Part shown: in pieces, positions 20,190 through 30,479 of the stretch
How the letters are laid out: each line of letters starts with the position of its first letter
Position numbering within the stretch: position 1 is the first letter of the stretch
NCBI GenBank assembly: GCA_048937405.1
Contig: JBHLNF010000001.1
Coordinates: forward strand, 944,785-1,008,784
Direction of reading: 5' to 3'
DNA length: 64,000 bases
From: Promethearchaeota archaeon
GTDB lineage: Archaea; Asgardarchaeota; Lokiarchaeia; Sigyniarchaeales; SOKP01
Notes under the pieces: model-generated
The model's input: only the letters and a program-made list of their open reading frames with translations
What the model was told of the DNA's origin: nothing
The model's database searches: none
Program-made: the position numbers and the translations under genes

Positions 20190-22172
20190 TTGTCAAATGA
20201 AGATAAGAAAATGGAAAGTATCTTAACTGAGAACAGAATTTTCGACCCTGTAAAATTAAACGAGGAATTTACGAAGACTGGAATGTCTTTTGAAGAATAT
20301 AAAAGCCTTTATACTCAATCAATTGAAGATTTAGAAGGTTTTTGGGGTGAACAAGCGAAATCTCTTGATTGGTTTACTCCATATGAAAAAGTTTGGGAAA
20401 AAACCGACTTATTTCCAGGTAAGTGGTTTGTTGGGGGCAAACTTAATGTTGCTTATAATTGTCTTGATAGGCATGTAAAAAATGGAAAAGGAGATCAAGT
20501 AGCTCTTATTTGGGAAGCTGATGAACCCGGACAAGTTAAATCTTATACTTATAATGAATTACTTGCTGAAGTAAGTAAAACTGCTAATGCAATGAAAAAA
20601 GTTGGATTAAAAAAAGGAGACAGAGTTACCATTTGGCTTCCTATGATTCCTGAATTGGCAATAATCATGTTAGCATGTGCTCGGATCGGTGTTATTCATT
20701 CAATAGTATTTGGTGGATTTTCTAAAGAAGCAGTGAAAGATAGGATTGAAGATTCAAATTCTCGATTGTTATTTACTAGCGATGAAACCGCTAGAGCTGG
20801 AAAATTTTATCCAAAAATGTCTGATGTAGTCCAGATCATCAATGATGTACCTACAATTGAACATGTTATTGTTGTAAAACGAACTGGAAGAGAAGTTCCT
20901 CATACTGATAAAGATATTTGGTATCATGATTTTATAGAAGGAATGAGTGAGGAATGCGAACCTGAAATAATGGATTCTGAAGATACCTTATTTATTCTTT
21001 ATACTAGTGGTACTACGGGAAAACCAAAGGGAGTAAATCATACAACAGCAGGATATATATTATATACATCTTTTACTCACAAAGTTGTATTCAATTATCA
21101 AGATGGAGATATTTGGTATTGTACTGCGGATATTGGATGGATTACTGGGCATTCTTATATTACATATGGTCCGTTAGCTAATGGTGCTACGACGCTTATG
21201 TTTGAGGGTGTTCCAACTTACCCTGATGTTGATCGATTCTGGGATATTGTTGAACGTCATAAAGTAACCCATTTCTATACAGCTCCTACAGCGATTCGTG
21301 CTTTAATGAGATATGGTGATGAACCTGTCAATAAACATGACCTTAATTCCTTAAAAGTTCTGGGTACTGTTGGAGAACCTATTAATCCAGAAGCATGGAC
21401 ATGGTATCATCGTATAGTAGGTAAAGAACGTTGCCCCATTGTTGATACTTACTGGCAGACGGAGACTGGAGGTTTCATCATGACTCCTATAGCAACAGCC
21501 ACACCCACTAAACCAGGATCATGCTGTCTACCATTCTTAGGTATTAAACCAATTATTTTCGATTTGGAAGGGGAAGAAGTAACAGAGCCTCATGAAGGCG
21601 GATATTTTGCAATAGGAAAACCTTGGCCTGGAATGTTAAGAGATGTTTGGGGTGATACTGAAAGATTTAAATCAACATATCTTGAACGATATCCCGGTTA
21701 TTATTACACTGGCGATGGAGCACGACGAGATGAAGATGGATACTATTGGATTTTAGGTAGGTTAGATGATGTTATTAAAGTATCAGGGCATAGAATTGGT
21801 ACAATGGAAGTAGAATCCGCTCTTGTTAGCCATCCTAGTGTTGCAGAAGCTGCTGTTGCTCCATTCCCACATAAAATCAAAGGTCAAGCAATTTATGCAT
21901 ATGTAACATTAATGCAAGGCGTTGAAAAGTCAGCAAAGTTGGCTAATGAAATCAGGATGCATGTTAGACAAGAAATTGGTCCTGTTTTTCAACCAGATGT
22001 TATACAATTTGCCGATGCTTTACCAAAGACGAGAAGTGGTAAAATTATGCGTAGAATCTTAAAAGCAATTGCGGCGGGAACAGAAATTGGTAATGTAACA
22101 ACATTAGCAGATCCTGCTGTAGTAGATGATTTAATTAATGAACGTAAGAAAATGGATGTAGAAATGGGTTAA
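20190..22172 (+). CDS. acs: AMP-forming acetyl-CoA synthetase
   Basis: YTSGTTGKPKG, TADIGWITGHSY, DTYWQTETG, LPKTRSGKIMRR. Confidence 0.96.
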   Translation: MSNEDKKMESILTENRIFDPVKLNEEFTKTGMSFEEYKSLYTQSIEDLEGFWGEQAKSLDWFTPYEKVWEKTDLFPGKWFVGGKLNVAYNCLDRHVKNGKGDQVALIWEADEPGQVKSYTYNELLAEVSKTANAMKKVGLKKGDRVTIWLPMIPELAIIMLACARIGVIHSIVFGGFSKEAVKDRIEDSNSRLLFTSDETARAGKFYPKMSDVVQIINDVPTIEHVIVVKRTGREVPHTDKDIWYHDFIEGMSEECEPEIMDSEDTLFILYTSGTTGKPKGVNHTTAGYILYTSFTHKVVFNYQDGDIWYCTADIGWITGHSYITYGPLANGATTLMFEGVPTYPDVDRFWDIVERHKVTHFYTAPTAIRALMRYGDEPVNKHDLNSLKVLGTVGEPINPEAWTWYHRIVGKERCPIVDTYWQTETGGFIMTPIATATPTKPGSCCLPFLGIKPIIFDLEGEEVTEPHEGGYFAIGKPWPGMLRDVWGDTERFKSTYLERYPGYYYTGDGARRDEDGYYWILGRLDDVIKVSGHRIGTMEVESALVSHPSVAEAAVAPFPHKIKGQAIYAYVTLMQGVEKSAKLANEIRMHVRQEIGPVFQPDVIQFADALPKTRSGKIMRRILKAIAAGTEIGNVTTLADPAVVDDLINERKKMDVEMG

Positions 22173-22614
22173 ATCTTAATTTTTTTATATTTTTTTAATT
22201 TAAGTTACTTTTTCTTAACACTCTTTAATATTTTGGAATATGGAAATACTCCCATTGAGTTATTTTTTACCTTCTTCTTTAAAGAAATTTTTTAAGAAAA
22301 TCCTATTTTAGTTAAATGGTTTAATAAGATCACAATTTACTTCCACTGCATCCACTTCCTATATATTGTATTGTTCTAATATTATTCTTATTCAATTATC
22401 TCGATTAAAGAAGTAACAGATGTTTCATTTCAAAAAGATTAGATTGTATCAGTAAAAAGTGATTTAAGAGGCTTTAATTTATGACTTTAGCATATTCTCT
22501 TTACATTTTCTTTCCTTATTCAATATATACCACTTAGAAATAAAGAAAATTAACCTTATTTCGAATTAAAACGAACATTATCTATATAAAAAACTATATA
22601 TATATCTTTTTTTA

Positions 22615-23037
22615 TTGTTTAGTGAAAAAACTGTAAAATATATTAAACTATTGGTGATTATAATAGAAATACAATTTAGTACTGAGAAAATAAATAGAGA
22701 GGTTGTCAATTTTCAATCCCTACATTTAACTCCAGAACAAAAAAATGTAATAAATTCGTTAATTCATGTTATCAGTCAAAAAATAGATATTCGGGAAATG
22801 GCATTAAAGGGATTTCTCTGCAGAGTCTTACGTGTCTTTCAAGAGAAAAGAGGCATGAAATTGGACAGATCAATGACTCTTACTCCAACAGAAAGAATAG
22901 AAGGATTGGTAGAAATATTTATGATGCTAAAAAAAGAACTTACAAAAATGCTAATTGATGAAGAAGAAGAACCAAAACTAGAAAAAGCATTAATGGAAGC
23001 TTTAGAACTATATAAAAGTCAATTTGTAAATAGATAA
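22615..23037 (+). CDS. Hypothetical protein (true start uncertain, probably downstream of 22615)
   Basis: ORF with helical C-terminal part; internal GGTGAT near 22653. Confidence 0.6.
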   Translation: MFSEKTVKYIKLLVIIIEIQFSTEKINREVVNFQSLHLTPEQKNVINSLIHVISQKIDIREMALKGFLCRVLRVFQEKRGMKLDRSMTLTPTERIEGLVEIFMMLKKELTKMLIDEEEEPKLEKALMEALELYKSQFVNR

Positions 23038-23090
23038 TCTCCCCTATAAACTACTAATAATATAATTATTTTTTTTTAAATTCTTCTTAT

Positions 23091-24104
23091 TTATATTTTT
23101 AAAATTCGTAGAGCTTCATTTATTATCCTTTTTGTATTCGGCAGAACTTGATCTTCTAATGTTCTTGAATATGGGATGGTAGTTTCAGTACAAACGCGAC
23201 CGAATTTAAAAGATAGTTCACTTTCTAAAAGCAAAGCACAAATTTCACCTGATAGTCCAAAATTTTTGTAATCCTCATCAACAATTATGAGGGCTTTAGT
23301 TTTACCTACAGAACTTTTCAAACTCTCTATATCTAAAGGATTAACACATCTTAAATCTAATACTTCAGCTGAAACACCTTTTTCTTCTAAATAATTAGCT
23401 GCTTCAATAGAACGATGAACACCAACACCAATACTAACTATTGTAATATCATTTCCTTCTTTTATTTGATTTAATTTACCTAAAGGAATAGGTTTCCATA
23501 CATCAGGTACTGTTCCCTCAAGACCTTCTTCTGGAACATTGTATGAAACTGTGGTTCTCCCACCACTCCCTAAGAAATCAAGCCAGTAATCAGCAAGTAA
23601 TTTATGTTCAAAAAAAATAACGGGATTGTTTTCATATATGGAAGAAAGCATCAATCCACCAGCATCAGCAGGATTAGATGGAACTACAATATTTAATCCT
23701 GGTATATGGGCTAACCACCCCCATAAGCTCTGTTCATGTTGTCCACCATCACCATAACCCCCACCACATGCAGTTCTTATAACGAGAGGAACATTCCATT
23801 TATTACCTGAAAAGAATGATATTTTCGCAGCATGATTTAGTATCGCATCCATAGCGACCCCAATAAAATCAACTAGCATAACTTCGACAATTGGACGTAA
23901 TCCAGCCATTGCTGCTGTAACTGCTGCCCCTACAAATGCACTCTCACTTATAGGCGTAGATATTATTCTTTCTTTTCCGAATCGAGCATATAAATTTAAT
24001 CTTAATCCATGTACATCTTCTCCCATAATAAAAACGTTTTCATCTTCTTCCATAACTTTAACAATTACATTTTCTATTGCTTCTGCGAATCCCATTTTAG
24101 TCAT
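23091..24104 (-). CDS. 2-oxoacid/acetoin dehydrogenase E1 beta subunit
   Basis: GEDV, TPISESAFVGAA..AAMAGLRP, NPVIFFEHK, EVLDLR. Confidence 0.93.
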   Translation of the reverse strand: MTKMGFAEAIENVIVKVMEEDENVFIMGEDVHGLRLNLYARFGKERIISTPISESAFVGAAVTAAMAGLRPIVEVMLVDFIGVAMDAILNHAAKISFFSGNKWNVPLVIRTACGGGYGDGGQHEQSLWGWLAHIPGLNIVVPSNPADAGGLMLSSIYENNPVIFFEHKLLADYWLDFLGSGGRTTVSYNVPEEGLEGTVPDVWKPIPLGKLNQIKEGNDITIVSIGVGVHRSIEAANYLEEKGVSAEVLDLRCVNPLDIESLKSSVGKTKALIIVDEDYKNFGLSGEICALLLESELSFKFGRVCTETTIPYSRTLEDQVLPNTKRIINEALRILKI

Positions 24105-25110
24105 TTTTCATTCCTCCTTCAGAAATCTCTAATACATTATTAATAGATTGCTCTATTTCATTAGATAATTGTTGGTCTATTTGTTTAAGACGCTCTGACT
24201 CATGTCTCAATTTCTTCTGAATAATAGCTATAGGATCAACTCTTTTCTTTGTTTGACCTCCAATCTTTCGTAAAAGTAAAAGAACCTCATCTAAATTTTT
24301 ACCTGCATATTTTTTAAGAGAATCAACAACTTCAGTTAATAAATTCGGATTTCGATTATATCTGAGTAAAAGATCTCCAAGAAAGTGTCCTTCTGTATGC
24401 ACACAATGTGCATGAATAAATTGAGGTTTGTTTGTACTACGAATTTTGGAGATCGCTTCGTTTGCCACTTTCCAAACCGCCTCTACATCCGTTCCATCAA
24501 CTTCATATCCTTCAATGCCAAAACCTTTTGCTCTTTCAATCAAATTTCCCCCTATCACATCATTCGTAATTGTAGAAATAGCCCAATTATTATCTTTACA
24601 AACAAAGAAGACAGGTAAATTTAAACTAGAAGCCAAATTCATTGATTCAAGCATCATACCTTGATTCATTGCTCCCTCTCCAAAGAATGCAACCGCAATA
24701 TTTGGCTTCTTTTTATATTTTAAAGCTAAAGCAAATCCAGTAGCTGCTGGACCTGATGCCCCTACAATGCCAGAAGAAGCAATTAAATGTTCCTTCGAAA
24801 AAAGATGCATATGACCTCCATTCCCTGCACATAAACCTTTGGAATGACCAAAAAATTCTAATAATAACAGAATTGGATCAATTCCACGCATTATAAATGG
24901 AGGAGTCCCACGATGATCAGTGGCTATAGCATCACCTTGTTCCAATTGTGAAACTATAGCCGCTATAATTGCTTCTTCTCCAGTTCCAAGATGCATTTCA
25001 CCTGAAATTTTTCCCATTATCCATAAGTCCTTTACAGCATTTTCAAAAAGGCGACTTTTCATCATCATTCGATAAAGTTGCCATATATCATATTCACCCA
25101 TAAGATTCAC
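24097..25110 (-). CDS. 2-oxoacid/acetoin dehydrogenase E1 alpha subunit
   Basis: HLGTGEEA, GGHMH, FGEGAMNQG...NN TPP motif, VDGTDV. Confidence 0.93.
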   Translation of the reverse strand: MNLMGEYDIWQLYRMMMKSRLFENAVKDLWIMGKISGEMHLGTGEEAIIAAIVSQLEQGDAIATDHRGTPPFIMRGIDPILLLLEFFGHSKGLCAGNGGHMHLFSKEHLIASSGIVGASGPAATGFALALKYKKKPNIAVAFFGEGAMNQGMMLESMNLASSLNLPVFFVCKDNNWAISTITNDVIGGNLIERAKGFGIEGYEVDGTDVEAVWKVANEAISKIRSTNKPQFIHAHCVHTEGHFLGDLLLRYNRNPNLLTEVVDSLKKYAGKNLDEVLLLLRKIGGQTKKRVDPIAIIQKKLRHESERLKQIDQQLSNEIEQSINNVLEISEGGMKND

Positions 25111-25171
25111 ATTACTTATCTTATCTTACTCTAACTTTCTTTATATTTTAATTTTTTTTTTTGAATTGAAA

Positions 25172-25318
25172 TTAGTATAATATTATGTTTCTAATTTCAA
25201 CCTGTTCTATATACTCATCTAACTTCTTTTCTAATTCAGATTCCAATAGATATGATTTGTGTCGTTTTAAAATTTCTTTAACTTTTTTTTGAGCTTTATC
25301 AATTATATCAAGGTTCAT
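25172..25318 (-). pseudogene. 48-codon fragment resembling the C-terminal helix pair of MttB-family methyltransferases
   Basis: Hand translation MNLDIIDKAQKKVKEILKRHKSYLLESELEKKLDEYIEQVEIRNIILY*; resemblance from memory only. Confidence 0.35.
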
Positions 25319-25412
25319 TTTATGAATCCTCTTTACTTTAATTTTATTTTATAATCTCTCTAATCTTTAAAGGAAAAAAATAAAAGAATACGAATAAATT
25401 GACCTTTATTTC

Positions 25413-26822
25413 TTATTTTTGACGATTAATTATTCTTTCAATAAGTAAGATTATGATTACAATAAATCCGATTGGAGGAAATATTAATAGAAATAACCTA
25501 AATACCCATAATTCTGCTATATGTTCAGCAAGTACAAACATTAATCCATCTATAAAAGTACTAATTAAGGAAAAACATGTAAATAGAAATAAAATATTGT
25601 TCATTTTATTATCACTTAATTCCTGCAATCTTTCTTTACCCCTATTATGTAAATATTCAAAGACATCTAATTTTTCCATAAAAAAAGCTTCCATTTGAGA
25701 ATTCCTCCAACTTTCAATAGACTGTTGATATATAAAATGGGCAAATGGAGCTAAATTTTGTAAATAATTGGATTTATTTAAAGAATACAATTCCATTTCC
25801 ATTCTTAATTTATTTATCCATCTAACAGCTTTCCTTACACGTCGTTTTTGTAAACCCTGATAAGACACAAGTTGATTTAAACGCCGATACAAGATTTCAT
25901 TAAATATTTGTAGAGTTCGCCATTCAATTTCTAAATATCTCAATGCTTCCTTAGCATAATTAAATTCTTTATCATTTAATCCAGCCCATAAACTATTTCC
26001 CCATCCAATATGCACAAAACCCTCTGTATCTTTGGCAAAATTGATTCGACCTTCAGGATGACTAACTTCGATAATCTTTTTCATAATTTCATCTATGGGT
26101 AATATTTCTTGTGGATTTTTTTTGTTTCTTACAAGTACAATATGCCCCCATAAAGGAGTATTAGATTGCTGGGTGCTAAACAATTCTTCATAGGTAAGTA
26201 TTGGATTTCCGATATTTAATTCTTCAAAAATCGCCTGAGATATTCTAAAAACATTATTTCCAATCGATTCACTTTCTTTTAATAGATCTGGAAATCGTAC
26301 AATTTTATCTAGTAAATCTGCCACTATTTTTTTTGGGTCTTTCTCCTTTATTTTTAAGAGTTCTTCTTTAAATTCTACTTCTAGCTTACAATAAATCATT
26401 CCAACCCCGTATTCATGAAAACTCATGGATTCAAAAATAAGTAGTGGAGGTACTTTAAATATGTTCATTCGAATTATATCCAATGATAAAGTATATTTTT
26501 TTTTAACTTGGATAGTAACAATACTTTTATCTCTTTGAGTAGCACCACTTCCTCCAGTACCTGTAAAAAGAAGCTCATCTATCTCACCATGAATCACTTT
26601 TTCATCTGTTTTTGCCCACTTTTTTATACTTTCGATTGGATTAACTTCATCTTTAAACTTTTCAATTAAAATCTGGTCAGGATAAATATTATCTAATTTT
26701 AAAAAGAGAAGTTTTCTTATTTTTTCATATTTTCCAATTAAAGTAGAATAATCAAAAACCATTCTTGAATTGAAAGGAGTAATAACATAAAAAATATCTT
26801 TTCTATCATCTGCTTTTTCCAT
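25413..26822 (-). CDS. Hypothetical protein with long helices and two C-terminal TM segments (CorA-like topology)
   Basis: 469 aa; ends NKMNNILFLFT...TM-loop-TM; no GMN motif. Confidence 0.7.
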   Translation of the reverse strand: MEKADDRKDIFYVITPFNSRMVFDYSTLIGKYEKIRKLLFLKLDNIYPDQILIEKFKDEVNPIESIKKWAKTDEKVIHGEIDELLFTGTGGSGATQRDKSIVTIQVKKKYTLSLDIIRMNIFKVPPLLIFESMSFHEYGVGMIYCKLEVEFKEELLKIKEKDPKKIVADLLDKIVRFPDLLKESESIGNNVFRISQAIFEELNIGNPILTYEELFSTQQSNTPLWGHIVLVRNKKNPQEILPIDEIMKKIIEVSHPEGRINFAKDTEGFVHIGWGNSLWAGLNDKEFNYAKEALRYLEIEWRTLQIFNEILYRRLNQLVSYQGLQKRRVRKAVRWINKLRMEMELYSLNKSNYLQNLAPFAHFIYQQSIESWRNSQMEAFFMEKLDVFEYLHNRGKERLQELSDNKMNNILFLFTCFSLISTFIDGLMFVLAEHIAELWVFRLFLLIFPPIGFIVIIILLIERIINRQK

Positions 26823-27060
26823 TCTTAATTCACAATACTGTAGTATTTCTAAAATTAATTATTAATAATTATATATCTAATTAGTAAAATAATTTTGGAA
26901 AAAGAAAAGTACAATATTATCACTACTATAAAATACCCTAACTCAAGGATTAGTGTTCCAAGCATAGGAACAAAGACAATAACGTAGAATATTTTAACTA
27001 TTAATATTATATGCTCACTAGTCTCTATAGTTCTATTTGATATAGATACATTTTTTTAAA

Positions 27061-27903
27061 TCACCCCTTTGACCAATTTCCAATAGCATATAATAGATTT
27101 AATTTTTCATGAATTTCTTTGCCACAAATCATCCTAACATTGATTTGATTTTCTAGTTTAGTTAAATTGACTGACTTAAAGAACTTTTTAGGTAAATTTT
27201 GATGTTCAGAGATAATCACATGATTGGCTCCCAAAGTTATACCCCTCTTTGTGATCTCTATAGCAGTTTCTAAATTTTTGGCAATTAGTGGTCCTAGTCT
27301 TCTATTTACCAATAAACCATACCCTTCATTTTCGATGCTAATCACTTTAGCACCTAATCTAACCTTCAAGTTCAAATATTTACTTCTATTAAAACCTACT
27401 GCTTGTTTGTCAAGACTTACTAACCATTCTGGAATAATATCTGAAATCCTTACTTCTTTGTTAATATTATCAAATTCAAAAGAATATGTTGGTAAATTAT
27501 ACATTGTTCCATAAAAACTTCTCAGAAAACCAAACTTTTTATAAATTGGCTCTCCTAAATTAGAAGCATAGAGTATTTTTGTCTCACAACCCATTTCATC
27601 TGCAATTCTCAAAAGATTCTTAAAGATCTCTGTACCTACTCCTTTTCCCCTATATTCCGGTAATACTGACATATGGCCAATGCTACTTACCTTTCCAAAG
27701 AAAAATACAGCACCGATACCAAAAATCTTTCCATTATCTTCAGAAATTAGAAATTTCCCAATTTTCCATTCTATTAGAGATTTCCATATTTTCATTTCTT
27801 CTGTAATATCATCTGGAAGGATTCTACTAAAAGCAGTATAAAAAACCTTTATACATTTTGAAATTTCCTTATCCTCTGGGACTCTAATAATATATTTACT
27901 CAT
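27061..27903 (-). CDS. GNAT acetyltransferase (YitH-like two-domain)
   Basis: VLPEYRGKGVG, GEPIYKKFGF, LGPLIA. Confidence 0.88.
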   Translation of the reverse strand: MSKYIIRVPEDKEISKCIKVFYTAFSRILPDDITEEMKIWKSLIEWKIGKFLISEDNGKIFGIGAVFFFGKVSSIGHMSVLPEYRGKGVGTEIFKNLLRIADEMGCETKILYASNLGEPIYKKFGFLRSFYGTMYNLPTYSFEFDNINKEVRISDIIPEWLVSLDKQAVGFNRSKYLNLKVRLGAKVISIENEGYGLLVNRRLGPLIAKNLETAIEITKRGITLGANHVIISEHQNLPKKFFKSVNLTKLENQINVRMICGKEIHEKLNLLYAIGNWSKG

Positions 27904-28029
27904 AAATATCTATAATAATGGTTTTTTTTAAAAGTATAAACATAAATAAATTAATTTTTTTTAAATATTTCAGAGTTTTTTTGATTTTTCTTAATTTATA
28001 TTCATTTTATTAATAAAAGGGTTTTAAAA

Positions 28030-29700
28030 TTGAATTTAAATACTGAAGAATTAGCTGAAAAGGTAAAAATAATGGAATCTAAAGAAGCTGTTGAATTTCT
28101 AATTTCAATACTTTCTACATCAAAAAATGTAGAATTGAAAATAAAGGCAGCAGATCTTTTAACTGAGTATGCAGATATTGATAAAAAAGATATTCAAGAG
28201 ATAAAAACTGTATTTGTTAAGGATCATCATCCTCGATTACGGCTTAAATTAATTGATTTAATAGCATCATATCATCAATATGAAGGAAGAGACTTTTTAA
28301 AAGAACAATATAAAAATTGTAAAGATGGAACAGTTCGAAAACTTATAATCAAAAAGGTCGGAAATGGGGCTCTAAATGATTCAATCCCATTTCTTATTGA
28401 ATCTTTAACTGATTCCGACATTGAAGCAAAAAAAGAGGCAATAATCCTCTTAGGGAAGTCTAATGCAGTTGATGCAATAAAACCATTAATTGATATGTTT
28501 CATTTTAGGAATGTCGATATTTATAATTCCCTGATTGATACTATTGTGAAAATTGGAAAAAGAGAAAACTTGCAGGTCATTAATGAGTATATAGATACAG
28601 AAGATCTCTATATTAAGCGAGAGATTCCTGTAATACTTGGAAAAATAAAACATAAGGAAAGTGAAAAAATCCTGCTTAACTTTCTAAAAGATAAAGATAC
28701 AATTATACGGAAAAATTCTTTGAAAGCTTTAGAAAAATTAATCGAATTGAAGAATATAAAGTATATTATAGAGTTATTAAAAGATGAAAATATTGAAGTT
28801 AAGAAAGAAGCCATTCGAGTATTAGGAAATGTTGGAAGTAAGAGAGCTATATCCCCTTTATTTGAAATAATTAAAGAAAATGATGCAAAAATACGAAATC
28901 TTTCCAAAAATGCTCTTTTTAAGATTTTTAAAAAAAATAAATCCTTTGAATCCATTTATGAGGTAGCGAAAGGAAGAAACACCAATGCAAGAAGAGAAGC
29001 TATAAAATTATTAGGAATGTTAAAAGATGTTAGTGCAATTGACTTTCTAATATCTATTTTTAATAGTAAAGTAGCAAGTGTAAGAGGATCTGCTTATCGA
29101 TCACTTCTAAAAATTTTAGATAATAAAATTGATAATAAAATTCTCAATGCGCTATCGGATAAATCTTCACAAATAAGAATGTTTTGTGTTAAAATTTTAG
29201 GTGAAATTAGAGATCCAAGTACCATTAATCATATTTTTAATCTAATTGAGGATAATAATGGAAGTGTTAGAAAATCAGCTATTGATGCTTTAATCAAGCT
29301 TGAACATACTAAAGTGTTAGAATTTGCAAATAATGCATTGAACAGTCCAAATTGGAAAACTCGTAGAGCTGCTGTTAAAATCCTATTAAGAACAGGAAGT
29401 AGAGATTCATTAAACTCTCTCATTACATGTCTAGATGATGATGATATATATATCAAAAGTTGGGCGGCTATGGCCTTAGGAAATCTTAAAGATATAGACA
29501 CTATTGAACCCTTTATTCAATTATTGAAAGAAGATGATGAGAAAATAAGAATTTCTGTTGCGAAAGCCTTAGGTGAGATTGCAAATAAAGATGCCATCAA
29601 ACCTCTCATACAATCATTAGGAGACGATAATTGGAATGTACGAAAAGAAATTGAGAAAGCTCTAAATCGAATTGATCCAGACTGGATGAGTTATTTATAA
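28030..29700 (+). CDS. HEAT-repeat (PBS-lyase-like) protein
   Basis: Many approx. 31-aa repeats of type L.D....VR..A...LG.I. Confidence 0.9.
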   Translation: MNLNTEELAEKVKIMESKEAVEFLISILSTSKNVELKIKAADLLTEYADIDKKDIQEIKTVFVKDHHPRLRLKLIDLIASYHQYEGRDFLKEQYKNCKDGTVRKLIIKKVGNGALNDSIPFLIESLTDSDIEAKKEAIILLGKSNAVDAIKPLIDMFHFRNVDIYNSLIDTIVKIGKRENLQVINEYIDTEDLYIKREIPVILGKIKHKESEKILLNFLKDKDTIIRKNSLKALEKLIELKNIKYIIELLKDENIEVKKEAIRVLGNVGSKRAISPLFEIIKENDAKIRNLSKNALFKIFKKNKSFESIYEVAKGRNTNARREAIKLLGMLKDVSAIDFLISIFNSKVASVRGSAYRSLLKILDNKIDNKILNALSDKSSQIRMFCVKILGEIRDPSTINHIFNLIEDNNGSVRKSAIDALIKLEHTKVLEFANNALNSPNWKTRRAAVKILLRTGSRDSLNSLITCLDDDDIYIKSWAAMALGNLKDIDTIEPFIQLLKEDDEKIRISVAKALGEIANKDAIKPLIQSLGDDNWNVRKEIEKALNRIDPDWMSYL

Positions 29701-29750
29701 AAATATATATATTATTGACTTTAAGAAGCTATTTTGATTTTTTATATTAA

Positions 29751-30137
29751 TTAATATAATTTAACTAAGTTTTGAATAACTTCTTCTAATTGATTGACTA
29801 TTAAGTTTGTATTGGACTCTTTTTTCACAATCAAAATTAAGAATGTTTTATTGTCGCATATAAAAATTAGTATTGTTTTATTTTCTAATTCAGTAATAAT
29901 CTTTGAGATTCTTATATTACCCATTGTTTCGCCAATACCTGAGGCACTCTCTAATACTGAAGCACACATAGAAGTGAAATTTTTGGTGTTAAATCCATCT
30001 TCTGTAATTTCTGTAATTATACTCCCATCTCTATAAGCAAATATTATTGATTCGAGGTTTCCTTTTTGATTGAACTCAGTAAGAAGATGTTGTGCTTTGT
30101 TTGACTTTTCTAGATTTGAATTATTCATATATTTCAT
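29751..30137 (-). CDS. Roadblock/LC7-domain protein
   Basis: YRDGSII...FTSMCASVL pattern, 128 aa. Confidence 0.8.
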   Translation of the reverse strand: MKYMNNSNLEKSNKAQHLLTEFNQKGNLESIIFAYRDGSIITEITEDGFNTKNFTSMCASVLESASGIGETMGNIRISKIITELENKTILIFICDNKTFLILIVKKESNTNLIVNQLEEVIQNLVKLY

Positions 30138-30234
30138 TAAATTATATATTTCAGGTTCAGTAAATATGATTCTATAAACTAGTAAATCTCTTAAGTATTT
30201 AGATTTAAATGTATAGCTTTTTTATAAAACTATT

Positions 30235-30479
30235 ATGAAATCGTCAGAGGCTCGTAAATTACTACAAATTACAAAGCCTACGCTATATAAATTTAAAGAA
30301 AATGGATTTATAAATATAGATCGTTTACCTAATGGATATTGGGATTTTGATGAAGAATCTGTATATTCATTTTTTAATAAAGATATTCCACGAAAGATTT
30401 ATACTTATTTACGAGTTTCTACAAATAAACAGAAGAAAAACCTATAATTCAACAATTAATATCAAAAGATGGTGTTTAA
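30235..30479 (+). pseudogene. tnpA: IS607 serine-recombinase transposase, internally deleted
   Basis: HTH (EARKLLQITKPTLYKF) and YLRVSTNKQ, stop at 30447; an out-of-frame tail IQQLISKDGV* ends at TAA 30479 abutting the tnpB ATG. Confidence 0.8.
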
